IMG/VR virus record: IMGVR_UViG_3300045988_126550
Coordinates: 64,001 to 128,000 of that record
DNA: 64,000 nucleotides
Strand: one strand, 5' to 3'
DNA from: a virus
The notes beneath the pieces are model-generated. The model searched no databases. It was not told where the DNA came from and saw only the letters and a program-made list of their open reading frames with translations. Below, piece after piece: positions 24,749-33,778 of the stretch. Each line of letters begins with the position of its first letter. Positions within the stretch are counted from its first letter, which is position 1. A program made the position numbers and the translations under genes.

Positions 24749-25648
24749 ATGAATCTTATTGGCAAGTATCAGAATGGGAATTATACCGTGAGTTTGTACG
24801 ATGATGGAACTAAGATTCGTGAGAATGATTTGGATAATCTGACTCCTGCTTTTGCAGAGAACTGTGATGTTAAAATTACAGATAAGTGTGATGGAGGTTG
24901 CGCCTTCTGCTATGAGGGATGTACTGCTAATGGTAAACACGGGGATATTCTTAATCCTCAGTTTCTAGATACTCTGCATCAATATACTGAGCTTGCTATC
25001 AATGGCAACGACCTTTCTCATCCAGATTTGGTTCCTTTCATGTACAAGATGAAAGAGAAGAATATCATTCTCAATATGACGGTCAATCAGATTCATTTTG
25101 AGAAGCACTTTGATACAATCAAGGAATGGATTGATAAGAAGTTAATTTATGGGCTTGGCATCTCTCTACGTAAGCCGACAGATGAATTCATTGATATGGT
25201 TAAGCAGATTCCAAACGCCGTTATTCATGTAATCAATGGTATTGTTTCTATACCAGATCTTGATGCTCTTTCTAGAAATGGGCTTAAAATTCTTATTCTT
25301 GGATATAAGAATCTAAGACGTGGTGAAAGTTATTATGAGAGTCACAATGAAAGTGTACTTGGATTACAGGAAGATTTAAACCGCTACCTTTTCCCTGAAA
25401 TTATCGGGCACAGTTGGTTTGACGTTGTGAGTTTTGATAATCTAGCAATCGAACAGCTTCATGTTAAAGAACATATGTCTAAGGAAGAATGGGATAGTTT
25501 CTTTATGGGCGAAGACGGCGATTATACTTTCTATATTGATATGGTCGAAGGAATGTTCGCAAAAGATTCCTTGTCTATGGAACGTTATCCTCTTATGGAT
25601 AATATTGATGATATGTTTAACTTTTTGAGAAATAAGAAGGAGAAGTAA
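24749..25648 (+). CDS. radical SAM enzyme, specific function unknown
   Basis: ATG 24749 after aaggagg. CDGGCAFC equals the CxxxCxxC cluster motif. Confidence 0.7.
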   Translation: MNLIGKYQNGNYTVSLYDDGTKIRENDLDNLTPAFAENCDVKITDKCDGGCAFCYEGCTANGKHGDILNPQFLDTLHQYTELAINGNDLSHPDLVPFMYKMKEKNIILNMTVNQIHFEKHFDTIKEWIDKKLIYGLGISLRKPTDEFIDMVKQIPNAVIHVINGIVSIPDLDALSRNGLKILILGYKNLRRGESYYESHNESVLGLQEDLNRYLFPEIIGHSWFDVVSFDNLAIEQLHVKEHMSKEEWDSFFMGEDGDYTFYIDMVEGMFAKDSLSMERYPLMDNIDDMFNFLRNKKEK

Positions 25649-25650
25649 TT

Positions 25651-26484
25651 ATGGATAAGACATCTCTTGGTGATAGAATGAAAAACAACTATGAAAATGT
25701 TAATAGATTTTATTTAACAAGAAGAATACCAGTTATTATTAGAATGGATATGAAGGCCGGTCATACTTTTACTAGAGGAATGAAGAAGCCGTTTGATGAT
25801 ATTTTCGTAAAGACAATGCAAGAGACTATGAAGTATCTCTGTGAAAACATTCAGGGTTGTGTGCTTGGTTACACTCAGAGCGACGAGATTTCTCTTGTAC
25901 TGACAGACTATGCAGGGTTGACAACAGATGCATGGTTTGGAAACAATCTACAGAAGATGTGTAGCGTATCTGCGAGTATGGCAACATTGGCATTTAATAA
26001 AGCATTTAACGACAATATTGTAAAGTATATTGACAGTTATTTTGATACCGATTGTGGGGTTACGAAGGATTTAGCTGAATATACAAAGATTCTCATTAAT
26101 GCAAGAAATAAAGGCGCAATGTTTGACTCTCGTGTTTTTACAATTCCTAAAGAGGAGGCATGCAACTACTTCATCTGGAGACAGCAAGATGCCACTCGCA
26201 ATTCCATCCAGTCTGTGGGTCAAGCAAACTTTAGTGATAAAGAATTGCATAAGAAATCCACTAAAGACATTCAAGATATGCTTATGACTCAGAAAGGTAT
26301 CAACTGGAATGACTATGCAACGACTCTAAAGCGTGGTAGCTGTTGTATTAAAGCCGATGATAGTCTTACCGAGTATGACGAGGTGGGAAATATTTGTGGT
26401 TATATCCAGAGAAGTAAGTGGGTAATCGATAATAAAATTCCTATCTTTACTCAGGACAGAAACTATGTTGAAAAGCTAATTTGA
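25651..26484 (+). CDS. Thg1-like protein (tRNA 3'-5' nucleotidyltransferase, TLP)
   Basis: GDRMKNNYE, PVIIRMDMKAGHTFTRG, KPFDD and GYTQSDEISLVL match the Thg1/TLP N-terminal catalytic core. Confidence 0.8.
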   Translation: MDKTSLGDRMKNNYENVNRFYLTRRIPVIIRMDMKAGHTFTRGMKKPFDDIFVKTMQETMKYLCENIQGCVLGYTQSDEISLVLTDYAGLTTDAWFGNNLQKMCSVSASMATLAFNKAFNDNIVKYIDSYFDTDCGVTKDLAEYTKILINARNKGAMFDSRVFTIPKEEACNYFIWRQQDATRNSIQSVGQANFSDKELHKKSTKDIQDMLMTQKGINWNDYATTLKRGSCCIKADDSLTEYDEVGNICGYIQRSKWVIDNKIPIFTQDRNYVEKLI

Positions 26485-26541
26485 GGTAAGGTTATAACTA
26501 CTATTTATAAGTGCGACACCTGTGGACGAGAATTTAAGAAC

Positions 26542-26769
26542 TTGAAAGAATGCGAGATGTGTGAAGCGTCCCACATGACTCCAATAGATCGCATTAAGTA
26601 TATGATTCTGCTAGATAATCGAAAGATGGTTTGCGATTATTGCGATAAGAGTTATTATGTATATGGCTGCGAAGTGGATTGTGACTTTAAAGAATGCGGG
26701 TATGCAAACATGTATAGGGACTTTGTTCCGACGAAGCCTTTGCATGATAAGAGTATAAGCGGAGTATAA
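26542..26769 (+). CDS. Cys-rich protein. The frame is open upstream to 26485 and is continuous with the TLP frame across a TGA.
   Basis: Track start is TTG 26542. The upstream in-frame GKVITTIYKCDTCGREFKN has no ATG, GTG or TTG. Confidence 0.45.
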   Translation: MKECEMCEASHMTPIDRIKYMILLDNRKMVCDYCDKSYYVYGCEVDCDFKECGYANMYRDFVPTKPLHDKSISGV

Positions 26770-26784
26770 AAGGAGTTTATATAT

Positions 26785-27153
26785 ATGAACAAAACTGAAA
26801 TTTTAAATGGTAAAATTACTAGTACTAAACTTGGCGAAGAGCATGGCTGTCTAACTGCAGATCTACTTGTCGAAGGAGAAGGATGGGGTTGTGCATTTGG
26901 TGGCTATTGCCTCGACCATTGGTTCGCAGAAACTGGAGAGCATCATTCCTCTGATGGCTATGGCGCGATTATTGAGCTTATGAAGACGCTTGAAGTGGGA
27001 TCATGGGAAGCGCTTAAGGGCAAATATGTACGTGTTGAAATCGAGGGATGGGGTGGAAAAATTCTTAGAATTGGGCATCTTATGAAAGACAAATGGTTTA
27101 GCTTTAAGGATTATTTTGACGAAGTAAAAGCACTTAATGAGCTAAAGGAGTAA
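26785..27153 (+). CDS. hypothetical protein
   Basis: RBS aaaggag. Confidence 0.5.
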   Translation: MNKTEILNGKITSTKLGEEHGCLTADLLVEGEGWGCAFGGYCLDHWFAETGEHHSSDGYGAIIELMKTLEVGSWEALKGKYVRVEIEGWGGKILRIGHLMKDKWFSFKDYFDEVKALNELKE

Positions 27154-27158
27154 TAAAT

Positions 27159-27878
27159 ATGGGCTATTGGGATTATGACGAGCCAGTGTGGGAGCCTTCA
27201 GAAGCAGATGAGTTATTTAATGAGTTGAAGTCAAAACTTGTCGATGCAGCAAAAGTTTCTTTAAAAAGTGATATGGAATCGCTTAAAAGTCGTAACGAAT
27301 ATCTTGAAAAGCGTAATAAATATCTTGAAGACAAGGCTCATTCTGTAGACCAGAAAGAACACGACATAGAATACAAGTCGCGAAACCTTCGTAGAGAAGT
27401 GGAAAAAGAATTTTATAAAGCTGCTATTGAAGATATATTTAAAGATATGATTGAGAAATCTCAACTATGGTTTGCAAAAAATAAGCCACACGAAAAACCT
27501 AAGTGTGATAAATGCGATGAAAATAGAAACTGGGTATTAATTTGGCCCAATGGGGATAAAGTTACAAAGAAGTGTGATTGTGCCAATCCAGATTACTGGT
27601 ATGAGCCAGAGGAAGTATGGATTGACACACTAAGGTATAGGATTAAAGATAGCAATTATCAATCTGAAAGATATTATCGACTTGACAAAACTTATGACTA
27701 TATTGGGGGCAAATATGACGATTATTCTTATGCAGATTTTGGAATCCAGTTTGTATATGATAAGTTTTGTGATGATGTTATTGAGAAGCATAAACAACTT
27801 GGATATGGAAAAAAGATTGGGTTTAAATCTAAAGAAGAATGTCAAAAATATTGTGATTGGCTGAATAAAAAGGAGTGA
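27159..27878 (+). CDS. hypothetical coiled-coil / Cys-rich protein
   Basis: RBS aaaggag. KCDKCDENRNW...KKCDC. Confidence 0.5.
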   Translation: MGYWDYDEPVWEPSEADELFNELKSKLVDAAKVSLKSDMESLKSRNEYLEKRNKYLEDKAHSVDQKEHDIEYKSRNLRREVEKEFYKAAIEDIFKDMIEKSQLWFAKNKPHEKPKCDKCDENRNWVLIWPNGDKVTKKCDCANPDYWYEPEEVWIDTLRYRIKDSNYQSERYYRLDKTYDYIGGKYDDYSYADFGIQFVYDKFCDDVIEKHKQLGYGKKIGFKSKEECQKYCDWLNKKE

Positions 27879-27882
27879 TTTG

Positions 27883-28203
27883 ATGATTAGTAAGGAAACA
27901 TTTGTAAATACTATGAACAAGCTGCGGGATCTTGATAGAAAAATGGACGCAGTAGATAAAGCATTTAAGGCGTTAGACTCAGACTTCTGTAGTTTTTATG
28001 TTACTGGTATTTTTGATACAACATTTGATCTTCTTAAAGAAGCAATGAATGACAAGGATGACTGGATTGGATATTTTGTCTATGAAAGAGATTGGCTCAG
28101 GAATTTCAAGCTTGGCGATGTCGAAGTAAATGGTGAACCAGTAAAGATTTATTCTTGGGGAGATGTCTACGATTTTATCGTAACGGAGGATAATCATGTT
28201 TAA
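27883..28203 (+). CDS. hypothetical protein
   Basis: ATG 27883 lies 7 nt after AGGAG (the track gives TTG 27880). Confidence 0.5.
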   Translation: MISKETFVNTMNKLRDLDRKMDAVDKAFKALDSDFCSFYVTGIFDTTFDLLKEAMNDKDDWIGYFVYERDWLRNFKLGDVEVNGEPVKIYSWGDVYDFIVTEDNHV

Positions 28204-28687
28204 GAAATTGTGCTGGGAAATTTTATTCAGATATAAGAATGCACGACAAAAGAGATTAATTCGAGTATACAAGAAAAAGTATCCAGATTATATCGATGAT
28301 GAATACAATTGTGGTAATTTGAAATTTATCTGGGGCATTAAATCTTATGATGACATGTCTTCATCTGACGCAAACATGTGGACAATGAATGATATTGATA
28401 TTTATTACGATAGAGATACTAAACAGTATAGTTTAGGGGTTGAAACCATATATATGTTTGACGATACACAAGCTGAATGCGCATATTATAATAGCTTACT
28501 AGAATCGTTCACTAAATATATGAAGGAAAATGGACTGGACACAGAACGAAATTATTGCACGTTTTGTTCTGGCCTAGATCTAAGTCTTAAGGCTGATTCT
28601 ATTGAGGAGCTTTATGCCAGATTTAAAATTGCCGTAACTGGATTGTGTGCGGTGTGCGAGGAGAGAGGTAATTATGAATATCATTAA
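28196..28687 (+). CDS. hypothetical protein
   Basis: RBS ggagg. Confidence 0.5.
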   Translation: MFKKLCWEILFRYKNARQKRLIRVYKKKYPDYIDDEYNCGNLKFIWGIKSYDDMSSSDANMWTMNDIDIYYDRDTKQYSLGVETIYMFDDTQAECAYYNSLLESFTKYMKENGLDTERNYCTFCSGLDLSLKADSIEELYARFKIAVTGLCAVCEERGNYEYH

Positions 28688-29150
28688 CAATTACTCCACA
28701 ACCATTGTGTCTATTTTTCAAGATGTTATTAATAATTACGAAAGAAACCTTGAGATTATCAAACAAGCAGAAGAAGAACTTATGGATCTAGAACATGAAA
28801 TTGAATTGTCCGCCCCAAAAGATATGTATAAAGGATACTTGGCATATAAAGAAGTTAGAGATGTACGTATTAAAAGGCGCAAAGCCAAAGAAGAAAATGA
28901 ATTACTTAAAGATATGTATGATTATCTCAAAAGTCAGCAAGGACAGTCATTCAAGAATAAGATCCAATCCATTCAGGGTGCGTCAGTAAAACTACGGGAT
29001 GCACAAGAACATAGAACCTATATTCCAAGACAGAGAAGTGATTTGACGATTACTAATCATACAAGCGTTGCGCACAAGCCATTTGAGGAAATGTTAAGTG
29101 ATTTTAATAAGATTAAGGTGAGCACTCAGAATGGTAAGTTAAGAAAATAA
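28674..29150 (+). CDS. hypothetical protein
   Basis: ATG 28674 after gagagagg. Confidence 0.5.
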   Translation: MNIINNYSTTIVSIFQDVINNYERNLEIIKQAEEELMDLEHEIELSAPKDMYKGYLAYKEVRDVRIKRRKAKEENELLKDMYDYLKSQQGQSFKNKIQSIQGASVKLRDAQEHRTYIPRQRSDLTITNHTSVAHKPFEEMLSDFNKIKVSTQNGKLRK

Positions 29151-29163
29151 GTGGTGGAGAGGA

Positions 29164-29355
29164 ATGGGTATTTATTATTTTACAAGACCAGATCAGATGG
29201 CTGGGCATAAATTTACTGATGATGTTGCAGTCGTATGGGCAATGAGTAAGAAATCTGCAATCAAGAAGTTCTCTGTGCTATATGCAGATGTGCAGGAGAA
29301 TGAAGTCGATAAGATTGGTTTCTGGACTCGTGCCAGAGTTTTAACAGATTATTAA
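29164..29355 (+). CDS. hypothetical protein
   Basis: RBS ggtggagagg. Confidence 0.45.
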   Translation: MGIYYFTRPDQMAGHKFTDDVAVVWAMSKKSAIKKFSVLYADVQENEVDKIGFWTRARVLTDY

Positions 29356-29367
29356 CGGAGTGATTTA

Positions 29368-31272
29368 ATGAATAAGATTGATAGAGTTCGAGAATTAACA
29401 GAATTTCTTAATAAGGCAGCGGACGCATATTACAATACCGGCGATACAATTATGGAGGATCATGAGTTTGATACACTCCTAGAAGAGCTTTGTTCTTTAG
29501 AGCAAGAAACTGGATTTGTTATGGCAACTTCGCCTACGCATAAAGTTGGATACGAAGTAAAATCAGAACTACAGAAGGTAACACATAATCATCCTATGTT
29601 GTCTTTGGCAAAGACTAAAGATTGGAATGAGTTCATTATGCATTTTGGGAGCAAAGATGTCATAGGAATGTTAAAGATGGATGGATTAACTTGTAGCTTA
29701 AGATACATTGACGGTGAGCTAGTATCAGCAGAAACTCGTGGCAACGGAGAAATTGGTGAAGACATTTTTCACAACATCAAAACCGTAAAGACAGTTCCAC
29801 AGAAGATTCCATATAAGGATGAACTCATTGTTGATGGTGAGATTATTTGTACATATGAAGACTTTGAGCCATTCTCTACAGAATACAAGAATCCGAGAAA
29901 CTTTGCCTCTGGTAGCATCAGACTACTTGATTCAAATGAATGTGCAAAGAGACCACTAACATTTGTAGCTTGGAATGTAATCAAGGGCTTTGATGATGAG
30001 AATAGCTTTTTGCAGAAGCTAGAACTTATTAAGAAGCAAGGCTTCACTGTTGTACCGTGGACTAGTTCTTTTGATTGGGATGCAAAGGAATTTTTGGTCA
30101 ATAAGGCTAAGAAGCTTGGATATCCAATTGACGGTTTGGTTGGGCGTTTTGATGACATCAAGTATGGAGAGAACCTTGGGGCAACAGAACATCATAGTAA
30201 TAGTGCTCTTGCGTACAAATTCAAGGATGATGTATACGAAACAACTTTGAGAAATGTTGAGTGGGACACAACAAGAACTGGAATTATTGCTCCCGTAGCC
30301 GTTTTCGATGAGATTGACCTAGACGGAGCCTTGACCACAAGAGCTACACTTCATAATCTTTCCATTATTGAGCAACTTGAGCTTGGTATTGGCGATACCA
30401 TTACAGTATATAGGTCAAATATGGTAATTCCTAAGATTGATGACAATTTAACTCGTAGTAATACGCTAAAAATCCCTACTACTTGTCCTTGCTGTGGGCA
30501 ATCTGCTGAGATTAAATATACAGCTAATAGTAAGGTATTAATGTGTACTAACCCAGATTGTGCAGCAAAGAAATTGGCCCAATTTACTCACTTCGTCAGT
30601 CGTAAATGTATGAATATTGATGGACTGTCAGAACGTACCCTGGAGACGTTAATTTCGCATGGTTTTATACATAACTACAAAGATATCTATCATCTAAGTG
30701 ACCACAGGAGTGAACTTATTAGACTTGATGGATACGGTGCAAAGTCTATTGATAATCTATTGGAATCCATTGAAAAATCAAGGAATGTGAAGCTAGAAAA
30801 CTTTATTACCGCACTTGGTATTCCTAATATTGGATTGTCTGCGGCAAAGGCTATCAGTAAGAAGTTTAATGGTGATCATTATGAATTTATACAGGCGTTG
30901 TCCAGCGATTATGACTTTAGTCAGATTGATGATTTCGGAGAGATTACGAATAAATCATTGCACGATTGGTGGAAGAGTAAAGATCCAATGGCAGAGCTAT
31001 TGCCTATTGAGATGAATTTTATTGTTGAGGAGAAGAGTGCCGATAATTCGTTAAGTGGGCTTAAATTCTGTATAACTGGAACTTTTAGTCAATCACGAGA
31101 CGAGCTTAAAGCAATACTTGAATCTAAAGGAGCAAAGTTTATTAGTTCTGTAAGTAAAAATCTCGATGTGCTTTTTATTGGAGATAAAGCTGGTAGCAAA
31201 CTTGCTAAAGCACAACAACTTGGAATTAAAATTGCAGACGAAAACGAACTAATGAAGATATTGGGCGATTAA
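29368..31272 (+). CDS. ligA: NAD-dependent DNA ligase
   Basis: KMDGL adenylation motif, Zn finger CPCCG...CTNPDC, HhH region and a C-terminal BRCT (FCITGTF...). Confidence 0.9.
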   Translation: MNKIDRVRELTEFLNKAADAYYNTGDTIMEDHEFDTLLEELCSLEQETGFVMATSPTHKVGYEVKSELQKVTHNHPMLSLAKTKDWNEFIMHFGSKDVIGMLKMDGLTCSLRYIDGELVSAETRGNGEIGEDIFHNIKTVKTVPQKIPYKDELIVDGEIICTYEDFEPFSTEYKNPRNFASGSIRLLDSNECAKRPLTFVAWNVIKGFDDENSFLQKLELIKKQGFTVVPWTSSFDWDAKEFLVNKAKKLGYPIDGLVGRFDDIKYGENLGATEHHSNSALAYKFKDDVYETTLRNVEWDTTRTGIIAPVAVFDEIDLDGALTTRATLHNLSIIEQLELGIGDTITVYRSNMVIPKIDDNLTRSNTLKIPTTCPCCGQSAEIKYTANSKVLMCTNPDCAAKKLAQFTHFVSRKCMNIDGLSERTLETLISHGFIHNYKDIYHLSDHRSELIRLDGYGAKSIDNLLESIEKSRNVKLENFITALGIPNIGLSAAKAISKKFNGDHYEFIQALSSDYDFSQIDDFGEITNKSLHDWWKSKDPMAELLPIEMNFIVEEKSADNSLSGLKFCITGTFSQSRDELKAILESKGAKFISSVSKNLDVLFIGDKAGSKLAKAQQLGIKIADENELMKILGD

Positions 31273-31310
31273 ATTTTGGGTGGCAGTATAAAAAATTGTA
31301 TTGCCACCTC

Positions 31311-31354
31311 TTGACAAATATTATAATCGTGCTATAATAACAGTACAAAATTAA
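31311..31354 (+). promoter_or_regulatory. sigma-A type promoter plus CAGTACAAAATTAA element
   Basis: cTTGACAaat, TGcTATAAT ending at 31338, 14-mer variant at 31341-31354. Confidence 0.75.
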
Positions 31355-31369
31355 TGAAGGAGGAATAAT

Positions 31370-31699
31370 ATGGACGAACAGAATGTAACGCAAATTGAAG
31401 AACAGGAGCAAGAGAATCCTACAACAGAATCAGAAGAGGCTGTAGCAGATGAACTAAAGGACAAGATTTCTGAAACACTAGAAAAAATCCGCACACAAAA
31501 CATGCTACTTGGTGCTCGTGCTATGGCAGTAACAATTGCAGGTATTATTGATAATGCAATGAATGCGCCCGGCAAGCGTACTATGGCAGACATGAAGAGA
31601 CTTGTAAAGAAGGTTCGTGATTTTTGTCAGAAAGCGATTGACCATCCGGTAGAAGAGCCAAAATTTGATACGAATAACGAGGAGGAGACAGATGCCTAA
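31370..31699 (+). CDS. acidic hypothetical protein
   Basis: RBS gaaggagg. Confidence 0.5.
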   Translation: MDEQNVTQIEEQEQENPTTESEEAVADELKDKISETLEKIRTQNMLLGARAMAVTIAGIIDNAMNAPGKRTMADMKRLVKKVRDFCQKAIDHPVEEPKFDTNNEEETDA

Positions 31700-32030
31700 G
31701 CTTGTTGGATGGTCTGATATTTTGAGCAGTCATTGCACTGAGCGTCTTACAAATGCTCATAAGCAGGAAATTGTGAAAACTATCAGACGTAGACATTATA
31801 ATTTTACTTATTTTGATCATCAGAATATGAGTTATTGCTGCCCATTCTTTGATAATGGTTATATGATTTCACTTAATAAAAAGCAGTTTGATGAAATTAT
31901 GGCAGAAGCCTATGAGGAAATTCCAGTTGGACAGAGATTGCTCCCTATGGACGCAATTAAATCTAAGCCTGTTAATGAAGTACTATTTGAAAAAGAAGAA
32001 TATGTGAAGGATGTGAAATGGCATGGATGA
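31692..32030 (+). CDS. hypothetical protein
   Basis: ATG 31692 after ggaggag. Confidence 0.5.
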   Translation: MPKLVGWSDILSSHCTERLTNAHKQEIVKTIRRRHYNFTYFDHQNMSYCCPFFDNGYMISLNKKQFDEIMAEAYEEIPVGQRLLPMDAIKSKPVNEVLFEKEEYVKDVKWHG

Positions 32031-32583
32031 TAGAAAGACTATTTTCTTAATTCTAGCGGAGAGTGGCGCTGGTAAAGATACGATTGTCGATAGGCTTTGC
32101 AAGACTGGACTTAAGAAATTGGTTAGCCACACTACACGCCAAAAGCGTCCAGATGAACCAGATACAAGTCACGTATTTTCTACTTATGATGATTATGTGA
32201 AGGCCAAGGAATCTGAGCAGATCATTGCAGAAACGTGTATTAATAACATTTATTATTGGGCAACAAAAGAACAATTAAAAGATGCCGATATTTACATCAT
32301 CGACTGCAAAGGTGCTGATATGTTACAATCTATGGGGCTCCCTTATAGGTTTGTTCGTATTTATATCAATGTACCAAAAGCAATTCGCAGAGAAAGAGCC
32401 ATTAAGCGCGGAGATAACATGGATACATATGCTAGACGTGCCGCTGACGAATTTGAGCAATTTGCAAATATGAAGATTCATAATAGGTATGATTATGCAG
32501 TTTCTAATATTGACAGTGCAAAAGCTGGGAGCATTATTAGATGGATTATTAATACCGAAAGAATTGGCACAGTACAAAATTAA
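32023..32583 (+). CDS. guanylate-kinase-like (d)NMP kinase
   Basis: P-loop AESGAGKDT followed by SHTTRQKRPDE. Confidence 0.65.
   Translation: MDDRKTIFLILAESGAGKDTIVDRLCKTGLKKLVSHTTRQKRPDEPDTSHVFSTYDDYVKAKESEQIIAETCINNIYYWATKEQLKDADIYIIDCKGADMLQSMGLPYRFVRIYINVPKAIRRERAIKRGDNMDTYARRAADEFEQFANMKIHNRYDYAVSNIDSAKAGSIIRWIINTERIGTVQN
32570..32583 (+). promoter_or_regulatory. CAGTACAAAATTAA element without an obvious strong promoter
   Basis: Overlaps the last codons and the TAA of the kinase gene, 2 nt before AAGGAG of the next gene. Confidence 0.5.
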
Positions 32584-32595
32584 AAGGAGTTTATT

Positions 32596-33171
32596 ATGAA
32601 GTATATTGTAGCTTTAGATTGTGATTGCGTTCTGAACAACCTTATTGAGAGAACTTGTCAGATGTTTAATGAAAGATATGGCACGGATATTTCAGAAGAA
32701 ACCTTCACTCAATATGATGTTTATAAGTGCTTATCATTTGAAGATGCAGAAAAGTTTAAGGCTCTGTGGCACGAACGTGAACTATGGGATTCTCTATCTC
32801 CAACATATCATTCTCAGTGGGGAGCTAAAAAACTTGTAGATAATGGATTTAGTGTTTACATTGCAACCAGTACGCACTACGAAAACTTCCCATGGAAAGT
32901 TGAGTGGTTGAAACATTATTTCAAGTTCATTGATGAACGCCATATTATCTGTATTGGTGACAAGAGCATTCTAAATGTAGATGTTATGGTAGACGATCAC
33001 ACAGATAATCTTATCAATAATTTACATTGTAATAGAGTCCTTGTAGAAAAACCTTGGAATATGAACGTGCACGATGAAGCTTATAGCATTAAACGTTGCA
33101 CGAATTGGGATGAAATTGTTGAGGCAGTGGAAGAATTTTATAAGCAGGATAAGGAGCTGATGAAGGATTGA
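32596..33171 (+). CDS. 5'(3')-deoxyribonucleotidase (HAD, NT5C-like)
   Basis: ALDCDCVLNN equals the DxDxV motif; DDH near the C-terminus. Confidence 0.6.
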   Translation: MKYIVALDCDCVLNNLIERTCQMFNERYGTDISEETFTQYDVYKCLSFEDAEKFKALWHERELWDSLSPTYHSQWGAKKLVDNGFSVYIATSTHYENFPWKVEWLKHYFKFIDERHIICIGDKSILNVDVMVDDHTDNLINNLHCNRVLVEKPWNMNVHDEAYSIKRCTNWDEIVEAVEEFYKQDKELMKD

Positions 33172-33773
33172 ATACAAGAATTAATTATATTTCAGATTCT
33201 TGGACAAGAATAAAAAATCATTGTAGAACAACTGTCAATAAGAAATTCACAGAGAAAGAGCCAACTGATAAGTTTAAGGAAGAACTTTTAATTAGTGAAC
33301 ATTCCCCTATTAGATGTCTTGAGGTTGATTGGACGTGGGAGAATATTCCTTATTGGGTAAGCACGGAACTAAGCCGCCATAAGCATGAAAAGTTTATTAG
33401 TTCACAGCGCGATGACAGAAATAATAATGAAATTCCTCGCGGAAAGAAACCACAAGATTCTCCCGTCACTCATGACGCATATGCAAACGCCCAGAATCTA
33501 ATTGACATGATGCGTAAAAGACTTTGTTTTATGGCAACCAAAGAAGCTAGAGAAGCGGCAGAAAATTTGAAATATGAGCTGCATAATTACGAACCACAAC
33601 TAGCAAATGTGCTTATGCCGAATTGCTTATATAGAGCGGGATGTCCAGAGTTTGAAACTTGCGGATTTTGGAAGAAGTTCAAGGAAAAACATCCAGATGT
33701 AGATATGACCGATATTAAAGAAAGATATCGAGCATATAATGAAGACTTTTATAAGAAATTTAATAAGGAGTGA
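33168..33773 (+). CDS. divergent ThyX-like (flavin-dependent thymidylate synthase family) protein
   Basis: TTG start. ELSRHKHEKFISSQRDD compares with ThyX RHRxxSxxxxSxR. LIDMMRKRLCFMATKEAREAA compares with the ThyX LR-x-Aq-Eir segment. Confidence 0.5.
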   Translation: MNTRINYISDSWTRIKNHCRTTVNKKFTEKEPTDKFKEELLISEHSPIRCLEVDWTWENIPYWVSTELSRHKHEKFISSQRDDRNNNEIPRGKKPQDSPVTHDAYANAQNLIDMMRKRLCFMATKEAREAAENLKYELHNYEPQLANVLMPNCLYRAGCPEFETCGFWKKFKEKHPDVDMTDIKERYRAYNEDFYKKFNKE

Positions 33774-33778
33774 TGCTT

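Noticed and set aside
31279-31308. Hairpin GGTGGCA...TGCCACC after ligA as an intrinsic terminator.
   Set aside because: There is no U-tract, and the stem runs directly into the -35 of the next promoter. It may still be a structure, but it is not annotated as a terminator.
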